Assembly: GCA_964342185.1 (NCBI GenBank)
Contig: CAYFER010000012.1
Coordinates: 1,329-65,328, forward strand
Length of the DNA stretch: 64,000 bases
Direction of reading: 5' to 3'
DNA from: an uncultured Vicinamibacteraceae bacterium
Lineage (GTDB): Bacteria; Acidobacteriota; Vicinamibacteria; Vicinamibacterales; UBA8438
In this document: in pieces, positions 9,847 to 18,293 of the stretch
Position numbering within the stretch: position 1 is the first letter of the stretch
How the letters are laid out: each line of letters begins with the position of its first letter
Notes under the pieces: model-generated
The model's database searches: none
Seen by the model: only the letters and a program-made list of their open reading frames with translations
Told to the model about the DNA's origin: nothing
Made by a program: the position numbers and the translations under genes

Positions 9847-10471
9847 TCTAAGTGAGCTTAAATCAGCGATTGAAGCGCTGATCTTTGCCTCACCCGAGCC
9901 GGTCACTTTGACCACCTTGGCGAAGGTTCTGGAAGGGGAACCTCCGGAGCATATCAAGGAGGCACTTGAGGCGCTTACTTTGGAGTGGAACCGTGGTGGA
10001 GGGCTTGAGTTGGTTGAGGTGGCTGGTGGCTATCAGATTGTCACACGTCCTGAATTTAGTGAGTGGGTTCGGCGGTTATTTCACGAACATTCAAGTCAGC
10101 GACTTTCTGTTCAGGCACTTGAGACTCTGGCGGTCGTAGCATATCGGCAACCTGTCACGGCACCGGAGATCGCCGAGATTCGAGGGGTGAATACATCGGG
10201 AGTGTTAGGGACACTCCTCGAACGTAGATTAATCAAGATCACCGGAAGAAAATCGGTCGTCGGGCGACCATTTCTTTACGCAACCACCCGCGAATTCTTG
10301 GATAGATTCGGTTTGAAGAACTTGGCTGATCTGCCAAAAGTGGAGGATATGGCCGAGGCGTTGGGACTGGATGTTCCGGAGGGCTTAGCTGATTCTCCGC
10401 CAATTGACGAAGTATTACCATTTGATTCATCTTCTTCCAATTTGAAAAATTCTAAAGAACAGGTGCATTAG
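9836..10471 (+). CDS. scpB: Segregation and condensation protein B
   Basis: AIEALIFAS, LSVQALETLAVVAYRQPVT, GRPFLYATT and FGLKNLADLP. ATG at 9836 overlaps the end of scpA. Confidence 0.95.
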   Translation: MTDDLSELKSAIEALIFASPEPVTLTTLAKVLEGEPPEHIKEALEALTLEWNRGGGLELVEVAGGYQIVTRPEFSEWVRRLFHEHSSQRLSVQALETLAVVAYRQPVTAPEIAEIRGVNTSGVLGTLLERRLIKITGRKSVVGRPFLYATTREFLDRFGLKNLADLPKVEDMAEALGLDVPEGLADSPPIDEVLPFDSSSSNLKNSKEQVH

Positions 10472-10472
10472 T

Positions 10473-11249
10473 TTGACTGGAACGGCTTCCATTGTGCGCC
10501 TTCAAAAGATTCTGTCAGCGGCAGGTAGCGCGTCGCGTCGTGGCGCCGAGACGATGATTGCAGCAGGTAGAGTTTCGGTTAATGGCGTGGTAGTCACGAA
10601 TTTAGGGAGTAAAGCGAATCCACAGAGCGACGATATACGTCTAGACGGTCGTCGTGTTGGCCTTGCGCAAAGGCGACGATACATTCTAATGAACAAACCG
10701 TCTGGCTATTTGACAACACGCCATGATCCACAGAGGCGTAAAACAGTGCTTGAGTTGCTCCCACGAGTTCGCGAGTACGTTTATCCAGTCGGCCGTCTGG
10801 ATTATGACTCCGAAGGCTTACTACTTATGACAAATGATGGAGACCTTGCCGCGCAATTGACTCATCCACGCTACGGTCTGGAGCGAGTTTATGAAGTGGT
10901 GATTCGCGGCGTTCCAAGTTTGCGAGCTATGCAGAAAGTGGCCTCGGGTATTGTTGTTGCCGGTCGCCGCACGGCAACGACTCAAGTGCGGTTGTTGGGC
11001 GGGCATGAAAAAAGGCGAATTAACCAAGCTCGAGTACGCGTGACACTTAGGGAGGGACGGAATCGCCAGGTTCGGCGGATGTTTCAGGCCGTTGGGTATC
11101 CAGTCGTCCGACTACGGAGGGTGAGGTTTGGTCCTTTGACAGCAAGAGGGCTTAAGCTCGGTATGACTCGAGAGCTTTCAGCCGAGGAAGTTATCGCTTT
11201 ACGACGAGCCGTTGCCGCTGGGCATGATGTGAGGATGGTAGGGCTGTGA
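10473..11249 (+). CDS. rluB: 23S rRNA pseudouridine synthase, RsuA/RluB family with S4 domain
   Basis: RLQKILS S4 start, catalytic GRLDYDSEG, EGRNRQVRRMF; canonical position after scpAB. Confidence 0.88.
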   Translation: MTGTASIVRLQKILSAAGSASRRGAETMIAAGRVSVNGVVVTNLGSKANPQSDDIRLDGRRVGLAQRRRYILMNKPSGYLTTRHDPQRRKTVLELLPRVREYVYPVGRLDYDSEGLLLMTNDGDLAAQLTHPRYGLERVYEVVIRGVPSLRAMQKVASGIVVAGRRTATTQVRLLGGHEKRRINQARVRVTLREGRNRQVRRMFQAVGYPVVRLRRVRFGPLTARGLKLGMTRELSAEEVIALRRAVAAGHDVRMVGL

Positions 11250-11914
11250 CGAAAGTCTTGGCTATTGACGGACCGTCAGGGGCCGGCAAAGGAACCGTCT
11301 CTCGAGCTGTTGCTAAGGAATTAGAGTGGTCTTACGTAGATACCGGTGCGATGTATCGAGCGATTGCTTGGCGGGCCCTTGAGCAGACAAAGTCGTTAGC
11401 GGACGAAGAGGTTGTTGTCACTCTTGCGAGAGACACAGTTTTTGACCTCGATTTCACTCGTGTTGTGATCGATGGCGAGGACATCACGAGCCATATTAGG
11501 ACACCAGAAATCGATGTGGCAGCTTCAACCGTAGCCCGTATGGCGAGGGTGCGAAGTGTGCTTGTTGCTCGTCAACGTGAATTTGCTGCAGCAGGTCCGG
11601 TGGTGATGGAAGGACGAGATATCGGGACTGTGGTGTTTCCGGATGCAATCTTAAAGTTGTATCTTGATGCAACTCCTGAGGAGCGAGCAAAACGTCGGGC
11701 TAGTGACCCAGTTCATGCATTGTCGCAAGCCACTGAAATCGGGGTTGTGGCATCAGCTTTAGAGAATCGGGACCGACTTGACCGGACTCGACAAACATCA
11801 CCATTGACCCGTGCGGCAGACGCGATTCTTATAGAGACCACCGGTGTTCCAGTTAACGATGTGGTTGCCAGGGTTCTTAGTATCGTTAGAAATCGTCTCG
11901 ATCAGGAAACGTGA
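11246..11914 (+). CDS. cmk: Cytidylate kinase
   Basis: AIDGPSGAGKGT, DTGAMYRA, VMEGRDIGTVVFPDA. Confidence 0.97.
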   Translation: MTKVLAIDGPSGAGKGTVSRAVAKELEWSYVDTGAMYRAIAWRALEQTKSLADEEVVVTLARDTVFDLDFTRVVIDGEDITSHIRTPEIDVAASTVARMARVRSVLVARQREFAAAGPVVMEGRDIGTVVFPDAILKLYLDATPEERAKRRASDPVHALSQATEIGVVASALENRDRLDRTRQTSPLTRAADAILIETTGVPVNDVVARVLSIVRNRLDQET

Positions 11915-12018
11915 TTAAGAAATTGGAAGGGTAAACAGTTGGCGAAGAGCCATGGTGGGCTGCGCTTTCTTGGTGTTTTGTGCTTTTAGTATCGCGTTAT
12001 TAAACCTTCTTCTCAGAG

Positions 12019-12048
12019 TTGACGATTTGCCGCTAAGTGTCGTACAGT
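12019..12048 (+). promoter_or_regulatory. Candidate sigma70 promoter for rpsA
   Basis: TTGACG (12019-24), 18-nt spacer, TACAGT (12043-48), about 105 nt upstream of the rpsA ATG. Confidence 0.4.
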
Positions 12049-12153
12049 CCTGTGCTTATCTCACTTCTGAGACAGTGTGCCTGCCTCTCAGATTTATCGG
12101 TAACGGCAGTTTATTTAAGAGGATGTACCAAGAATGGTGAGGACTCCTAGCGC

Positions 12154-13959
12154 ATGAGTAATGTAGATGACGTGGCCAAGGTAGATCCAGATGAGGGTTC
12201 GGAGGCAGCAGTCTCAATCGAGTCGATCCAGAACCCAGCTAAGAGTACGGCTTCCCTGATCCCGCTAGTACAACCGCAAGATAATGACGCAATTGATCCA
12301 GCCGAGTACCAGCGTCTGCTTGATATGTATGAGAGTAGCTTCAGAAATCTTTCTGAAGGAGAAGTTATTAAGGGTTCGGTTCTTAAAGTATCGTCTTCTG
12401 AGGTCATAGTTGATGTTGGCTACAAGTCCGAAGGCATCATTGCGCGCTCCGAGTTCTTAGACGAGAACGGTGAAGTTACTGTACAAGCTGGAGACACCGT
12501 TGATGTGCTGCTTGAAAGAACGGAAGATCGAGAAGGCCATGTCGTCCTCTCCCGCGAAAAAGCGGAGAAGATGAAGGTTTGGGACGATGTTGAAAAAGCC
12601 TATTTAGACAAGCGAGTGGTCATTGGTCGTGTAGTCGAGCGCATTAAAGGGGGTTTGCAGGTCGATATAGGCGTACGTGCGTTTCTTCCTGGATCCCAGA
12701 TCGATGTGCGGCCAGTCCGTAACTTGGACTCACTACGAGGCCAAGAGCTTCGCATGCTTGTCATCAAGGTAAACAAGAAGCGAGGCAACATCGTTTTATC
12801 TAGAAAGGTTTTACTTGAGGAAGAAAACTCAGAGAAGAAGAAAGAAACCTTAGCCAACCTGGTCGAAGGCAAGGTAATGCGTGGCGTTGTCAAGAATATT
12901 ACTGACTACGGTGCGTTTGTTGACTTGGGTGGTATCGATGGTCTCCTGCACGTTACAGATATGTCGTGGGGGCGTTCTCAGCATCCGTCGGAACTGTTCA
13001 ACGTTAACGATGAGATTGACGTCACGGTGCTGAAGTTCGATGCAGAGTCCGAACGTGTTTCACTCGGACATAAACAACTTCAGGATGATCCGTGGATTCT
13101 CGCACCTGAGCGCTATCCGGTTGGCCAACGTCTGTCGGGGAAAGTCGTGAGTTTGACGGATTACGGGGCATTTGTGGAGCTGGAACCTGGTGTAGAAGGC
13201 TTGATTCATGTTTCCGAGATGTCATGGAGTAAACGGGTGCAGCACCCGTCGAAGTTGATGAATGTAGGGGATAGCGTGGAGTCGATGGTACTGGGAGTTG
13301 ATCGAGAGGCCCGTAGAATTTCTTTGGGGCTCAAACAGATTGAGACAAATCCGTGGCAGGCACTGGCCGAGAAATACCCCGTCGGCTCACAGCTAGTTGG
13401 CAAGGTGCGAAATCTAACGGAATTCGGTGCTTTTGTGGAGGTTGAAGAAGGAATCGACGGATTGATCCATATTTCTGACATGTCGTGGAGTAAACGTCTT
13501 CAACACCCGTCAGAGGTGTTAAAAAAGGGTGATGAGGTTGAAGCCATGGTTCTGAGTCTTGAACCTGAAAATCAACGTCTATCACTGGGACTTAAGCAAC
13601 TGGCGACGGATATTTGGGACGATTTTTTTGCTCAGAATAAAGTTGGCGACATCGTCGAGGGCAAGGTCGTGCGGGCCACTAACTTCGGTGCTTTTGTAGA
13701 GTTGGCCGAAGGGATAGAAGGGCTCATCCACGTTTCCGAGTTCGAGGAGCAGTCGGGTGAACAGAAAGAAGAACTGAAGGTCGACGAGGTTATTAAGATT
13801 CGTATTATTAAGCTAAGTCCTGAAGATAGGAAGATTGGTCTGAGTATCCGTGCTCTTAAGACAGAAGATTATGAGGCGGACTGGCAGAACTACGCAACGA
13901 GTGAGTCGCCAGAGGTAACCTTGGGCGATCACTTCAAGCACAGTCAGTCATCAGAGTGA
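12154..13959 (+). CDS. rpsA: 30S ribosomal protein S1 (six S1 repeats)
   Basis: Repeated S1 motifs (TDYGAFVDLGGIDGLLHV, TDYGAFVELEPGVEGLIHVSEMSW, etc.); cmk-rpsA-ihfB order. Confidence 0.98.
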   Translation: MSNVDDVAKVDPDEGSEAAVSIESIQNPAKSTASLIPLVQPQDNDAIDPAEYQRLLDMYESSFRNLSEGEVIKGSVLKVSSSEVIVDVGYKSEGIIARSEFLDENGEVTVQAGDTVDVLLERTEDREGHVVLSREKAEKMKVWDDVEKAYLDKRVVIGRVVERIKGGLQVDIGVRAFLPGSQIDVRPVRNLDSLRGQELRMLVIKVNKKRGNIVLSRKVLLEEENSEKKKETLANLVEGKVMRGVVKNITDYGAFVDLGGIDGLLHVTDMSWGRSQHPSELFNVNDEIDVTVLKFDAESERVSLGHKQLQDDPWILAPERYPVGQRLSGKVVSLTDYGAFVELEPGVEGLIHVSEMSWSKRVQHPSKLMNVGDSVESMVLGVDREARRISLGLKQIETNPWQALAEKYPVGSQLVGKVRNLTEFGAFVEVEEGIDGLIHISDMSWSKRLQHPSEVLKKGDEVEAMVLSLEPENQRLSLGLKQLATDIWDDFFAQNKVGDIVEGKVVRATNFGAFVELAEGIEGLIHVSEFEEQSGEQKEELKVDEVIKIRIIKLSPEDRKIGLSIRALKTEDYEADWQNYATSESPEVTLGDHFKHSQSSE

Positions 13960-14363
13960 TGAACGATTCCGACGCACTTGAGGTGGGAACACCCACTGGT
14001 AGCGCTAGTATGACGAAAGCCGATCTTGTCGAAGAAGTTGCGCGGGTGGCTGAGTTGACGAAGAAACACTCCGAAGTCATAGTCGAGACAGTGTTTAATA
14101 GCATTATTGAAGCTCTACATAGGGGTGAGAAAATTGAACTTAGGGGTTTTGGCAGCTTTAGGCTCAGGAGACGTGAACCGCGTAAAGGACGTAATCCTAA
14201 GACAGGTGACCGAGTTGAGGTGCCTTCCAAACGTGTTCCGTATTTTAAACCTGGCAAGGAACTAAAGGAACTTATTAACCTGGAGTCGGAACCGAAGCAG
14301 ACATCCTCGTCTGTAGTGACGGGGCCTTCAGTACGGTCTGGCCACGGGATTGCACGTTATTAA
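13956..14363 (+). CDS. ihfB: Integration host factor beta / HU-family DNA-binding protein
   Basis: MTKADLV...IELRGFGSF...GRNPKTG...PYFKPGKEL. Start may be 13959 (coupled to the rpsA stop) or 14010. Confidence 0.85.
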   Translation: MMNDSDALEVGTPTGSASMTKADLVEEVARVAELTKKHSEVIVETVFNSIIEALHRGEKIELRGFGSFRLRRREPRKGRNPKTGDRVEVPSKRVPYFKPGKELKELINLESEPKQTSSSVVTGPSVRSGHGIARY

Positions 14364-14395
14364 CGTCGATATCGCCCGACGTATTTTCAACCTTT

Positions 14396-14890
14396 TTGAT
14401 GGACTATTTGTGGGCTCCTTGGAGACTGTCCTACGTGACTAATGCGGACAGGTCAGCGGCGCAGTCATGCGTCTTTTGTTCTGAGCTCGACTCTTCAGAA
14501 TCGGTATCTCTTAAATTGTATGAAGGCGACCAATGCTTTGTGATCCTCAATAAATATCCGTACAACAACGGTCACTTGATGGTTGTGCCGAAGCGCCACT
14601 TAGCTAAACTGTCGGAGGCACTTCCTTCTGAGTTATCCGAACTGATGAGGTTGACTGGAGCGGCCGAGAAGGTACTCAGTGACGCTTATGATCCGGATGG
14701 ACTTAATATCGGGATTAATATTGGCCGTTCTGCTGGAGCAGGGGTTCCCGGGCACTTACACATCCATGTTGTACCTCGATGGGATGGCGACACGAATTTC
14801 ATGACCGTGACAGCCGAGACAAGAGTTATGCCAGAAGAACCACGGCAGACGGTTGAGCGATTGAAGCCTTTGTTTCTGAGAATTTTGTAA
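14396..14890 (+). CDS. HIT-family hydrolase (Ap4A hydrolase-like)
   Basis: LWAPWR, CVFC, NKYPYNNGHLMVVP and the histidine triad HLHIH followed by VVPRW.GDTNFM. Confidence 0.92.
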   Translation: MMDYLWAPWRLSYVTNADRSAAQSCVFCSELDSSESVSLKLYEGDQCFVILNKYPYNNGHLMVVPKRHLAKLSEALPSELSELMRLTGAAEKVLSDAYDPDGLNIGINIGRSAGAGVPGHLHIHVVPRWDGDTNFMTVTAETRVMPEEPRQTVERLKPLFLRIL

Positions 14891-14981
14891 TCAAGAGGTA
14901 CTCGCCGATAGAGTTTTGAGGCGCACGGCGCTGGTGTGCCGGTGGTATCATTGGTGAAGGCCTTCCAGAAACTAGGCACCA

Positions 14982-17105
14982 ATGTTGAGCCTTCTTTCGA
15001 CACTTTTACCGCGCCCGCTGGGATTGTTAGCGCTATTGCTCGTCTTGGTCGCCCCGGTTCAGGTTCAGCAACCGGCATCGACATCCGACGACAATCAAAG
15101 CGATACGGTAGCTCCCCAAGATCAAGCTGCTCAAGACGAGCAGATTGAGCCAGATGCAGCACTGAGTCCAGTCTTCCGATCGGGCATTAATTTCATTCGT
15201 GTTGACGCTGTTGTGACTGACAACGATGGTAATCACGTGACCGACCTCGATGTATCTGATTTTGAGGTTTATGAAGACGGCGAACTGCAAACCATCGAGA
15301 CGTTTGAGCGCGTGGCGATTGGTGCTGTTCCAGAGTCGGATGCGAGGCCTGCCACTAGCATTAGCAACCGCAATGATGAGGAGCGGGAGGCTGACAGAAG
15401 AGACGTTCGCGTGTTTGTGATCTTTTTCGATGACTACCATGTTCGGTTCGAAAATGGTCAGCGAGCCAGTCTTCAACTAACCGAGTTTCTGCGAAACAAT
15501 CTATTGCCAACCGATCTTGTGGCCGTTATGTATCCGTTAACACCTGTGAGCGACGTTCGATTTTCAAGAAATCACGAGGCAGTGATCGCTCAAGTTGAAG
15601 AATTCTATGGCCGTAAGTACAGATACGAACCAGAAAATTTATTTGAACAAGAGTATTGGAACTATCCACCACAAGTGGTTGAGCAAATACGGAACCAGGT
15701 GTCGTTGTCAGCGCTAAATGGATTAATGGTTCGTCTTGGTGGACTGAGGGAAGGTCGAAAGAGTGTGTTGTTGGTTAGTGAGGGTTACACGAATTACGTG
15801 CCGCCACAGCTGAGAGAGTCAATGGACGGGTCATTTAACCCGGCTCGACTTGACCCGAACGCGGCTGAGTCACCCATAGAGGAAACTCATCAACTGTTTA
15901 GTGATTCTAGTTTAATTTTGCGGTTGCGAGAGTTGTTTCAGGTCGCAAATCGATTTAACACTTCAGTCTATTCGTTGGACCCTCGCGGGTTCACTGTAGG
16001 TGAATACGATCTCAGCCAGCCAGATATTTCGTATCGAACGAATCGTCGAGTGTTGCGGACGACGCAAGACACCTTGTATCTACTGTCAGAGCAGACTGAC
16101 GGCCGCGCAATAGTGAATCGTAACGACATCGTTCCTGGTCTAAGGCAGATGATGCGTGATTCCAGTGCTTACTATTTGTTGGGCTACACCTCTTCTCAGT
16201 CGCCGCTTGACGGAAAGTTTCATGAGATTGACGTTCAGCTAAAGCGAGACGACTTGCAGGTTCGAAGTCGACGCGGTTATTGGGCACTGACTGAGCGAGA
16301 TGTAGAGAGAGCTCTGTCGCCTGAGGCTGTGGCGCCACCGAGGGCGGTTGATGTGGCGCTGTCCGCTTTGGCCGAACCTCGCCGCGGGCATACGATTCGT
16401 ACGTGGGTTGGGACGGCTCGTGGAGAGAACGGCCGGACATTAGTCAGATTTGCTTGGGAGCCTGTGCGAGATTTTGGCGGCAGCGAAGGACCCGCGCGTG
16501 TGCTCTTGACTGCGATGGGTGATGCCGGTGGAGCGTTTTTCCGCGGGCGTATTCCAGAGCAGTCAAGGTCGGCCGGACGTGGATTAGCTTCTCCGCCGAG
16601 TGGGATGGTGAATGCAGCCATGATGGCAAGCTTTGAGGCTGATCCGGGAGAGATGCAAATTAATGTTTCGGTTGAAGGTGCAAATGGTGAGGTTTTAGAC
16701 CGTGACCGCGAAAGGATTGACGTCCCAGACTTCACCGGTGCCAATTTAATACTCAGTACGCCTTCATTCGTGCGTGCACGGAACACAATGATGTGGAGGG
16801 AACTAGTCGATGATTGGGATGCGGTACCAGCCGTGTCTCGAGAGTTTCGCCGGACTGAACGTCTATTACTGCGGTTTGAGACATATGCACCAGGTGCAAC
16901 GGTCCCATCGGTCGAGGCATGGTTACTCAATCGTCGCGGGGATCGGATGTTCCCTTTAATTGTGCAGCCGGCCGACGATGGCCGTCGGTATCAGGTTGAC
17001 ATTCAACCTGCGAGTCTTGCTCCAGGAGAATACGTTGTTGAGCTTAGTGCTACGACACCAAGTGATGAACTAACTGAGCTTGTCGCCTTTCGCTTGGGCT
17101 CCTGA
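14982..17105 (+). CDS. Secreted acidobacterial-type VWA-domain protein
   Basis: Signal peptide, PVFRSGINFIRVDAVVTD, DFEVYEDG, GRKSVLLVSEG, LSEQTDG and YYLLGY...FHEIDV...VRSRRGY, typical of VWFA-related acidobacterial proteins. Confidence 0.85.
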   Translation: MLSLLSTLLPRPLGLLALLLVLVAPVQVQQPASTSDDNQSDTVAPQDQAAQDEQIEPDAALSPVFRSGINFIRVDAVVTDNDGNHVTDLDVSDFEVYEDGELQTIETFERVAIGAVPESDARPATSISNRNDEEREADRRDVRVFVIFFDDYHVRFENGQRASLQLTEFLRNNLLPTDLVAVMYPLTPVSDVRFSRNHEAVIAQVEEFYGRKYRYEPENLFEQEYWNYPPQVVEQIRNQVSLSALNGLMVRLGGLREGRKSVLLVSEGYTNYVPPQLRESMDGSFNPARLDPNAAESPIEETHQLFSDSSLILRLRELFQVANRFNTSVYSLDPRGFTVGEYDLSQPDISYRTNRRVLRTTQDTLYLLSEQTDGRAIVNRNDIVPGLRQMMRDSSAYYLLGYTSSQSPLDGKFHEIDVQLKRDDLQVRSRRGYWALTERDVERALSPEAVAPPRAVDVALSALAEPRRGHTIRTWVGTARGENGRTLVRFAWEPVRDFGGSEGPARVLLTAMGDAGGAFFRGRIPEQSRSAGRGLASPPSGMVNAAMMASFEADPGEMQINVSVEGANGEVLDRDRERIDVPDFTGANLILSTPSFVRARNTMMWRELVDDWDAVPAVSREFRRTERLLLRFETYAPGATVPSVEAWLLNRRGDRMFPLIVQPADDGRRYQVDIQPASLAPGEYVVELSATTPSDELTELVAFRLGS

Positions 17106-17226
17106 CCAGACAACTCTCCCGGAGCCCCATATAATTACTTTGCCGTGGTACAGGCACACAGGCAGGCTTTTCGACTCGGCCTCAGAGAAAACCATTGCTT
17201 TTGGTCTGAAAGGTGCGTTCTAGCCG

Positions 17227-17637
17227 ATGCGTAAGATTCGAGTGGTTATAGCAAAGCCAGGTCTGGATGGACATGATCGCGGTGCCAAGGTCATAGCTAG
17301 GGCGCTTCGGGATGTTGGCATGGAGGTAATCTACACTGGTCTACGTCAGACTCCGGAACAGATCGTAGAGACTGCACTGCAGGAAGATGCGGATGTTATA
17401 GGGATTTCGATTCTTTCTGGAGCTCACAATTACGTCTGCCCTCGACTGACCGAGCTTTTAAGCGAGAATGGGCTTAACGATGTTCTGGTGGTAGTTGGGG
17501 GGATTATTCCAGATGCCGACGTGGAAAATCTGAAGGGCTTGGGTATTGCAGCGGTTTTTCAGCCTGGTACCCCTATGCGGTCTATCATCGACTTTATCGA
17601 GAACAACGTGCGACCTGAACCAACTACTTCTACATAG
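17227..17637 (+). CDS. Stand-alone cobalamin-binding subunit of an acyl-CoA mutase (methylmalonyl-CoA mutase C-terminal domain)
   Basis: B12 motif [29 protein letters not shown] and VGGIIP. Confidence 0.93.
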   Translation: MRKIRVVIAKPGLDGHDRGAKVIARALRDVGMEVIYTGLRQTPEQIVETALQEDADVIGISILSGAHNYVCPRLTELLSENGLNDVLVVVGGIIPDADVENLKGLGIAAVFQPGTPMRSIIDFIENNVRPEPTTST

Positions 17638-17645
17638 GACAGTAA

Positions 17646-18293
17646 ATGCGACAGACAGTTCTCATTGCCGATGACAGTCCCACCATACAGCGTGTTGTTG
17701 CACTCGCATTGTCGGATGAAAATGTCGACATCGCTGTAGCAGAAACTGGAAAAGACGCTATCAAGCAAATTAAGGCAAATCAGCCATCGTTGGTGCTAGC
17801 TGATACGCGAATGCCGGATGGTACGGGCTACGAAGTGGCTGAATTTGTTGCGTCGATCTCGGTTGGCAAGCGAATACCTATTGTTCTGATGAGCGGAGCT
17901 TTTGAGACGCTCGATGAGGAACGGGCAAAGGCTGCCGGTTGTGTGGCTGTTTTGGTGAAGCCGTTCGAACCCAAGACACTGGTTCGAACGGTGCACGAAT
18001 TGTTAGGAAACACGCATCAAACAGTGGCGGCGTCATCTGACCAAACGAAGGAAAACGTTAATGAAGAGAGAGTTCACGCGCCGTCTCCTGATGCGACATC
18101 CGCGATTTCAAACAAGCAATCAGTTGTCCTTACTGATGAGACGCTTGACCAAATTGTCTCGCATGTATTTGAAAAAATGTCTGATCGTGTAATTCGTGAG
18201 ACCGTTGGCAAGATTGTGTCGCGAGTTGCCGAACAGATGGTTCGAGATGAGCTTGAGCGACTCAAAGACAAACTGCGATCGGACGATGCCTGA
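17646..18293 (+). CDS. Response regulator, RomR-like (receiver domain plus helical C-terminal domain)
   Basis: Receiver residues ADDS, LADTRMP (phosphoacceptor Asp) and VKPFE; no DNA-binding domain; C-terminal VAEQMVRDELERLK helix. Confidence 0.8.
   Translation: MRQTVLIADDSPTIQRVVALALSDENVDIAVAETGKDAIKQIKANQPSLVLADTRMPDGTGYEVAEFVASISVGKRIPIVLMSGAFETLDEERAKAAGCVAVLVKPFEPKTLVRTVHELLGNTHQTVAASSDQTKENVNEERVHAPSPDATSAISNKQSVVLTDETLDQIVSHVFEKMSDRVIRETVGKIVSRVAEQMVRDELERLKDKLRSDDA

Noticed and set aside
12890-13760. Recurring nucleotide repeats such as ATGTCGTGGAGTAAACG
   Set aside because: Explained by the tandem S1 domains of rpsA; not a CRISPR array or mobile repeat.
16277-16930. 217-aa antisense ORF inside the VWA gene
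   Set aside because: It is fully overlapped by a well-supported gene and has an Ala/Ser/Pro/Arg-rich shadow composition.
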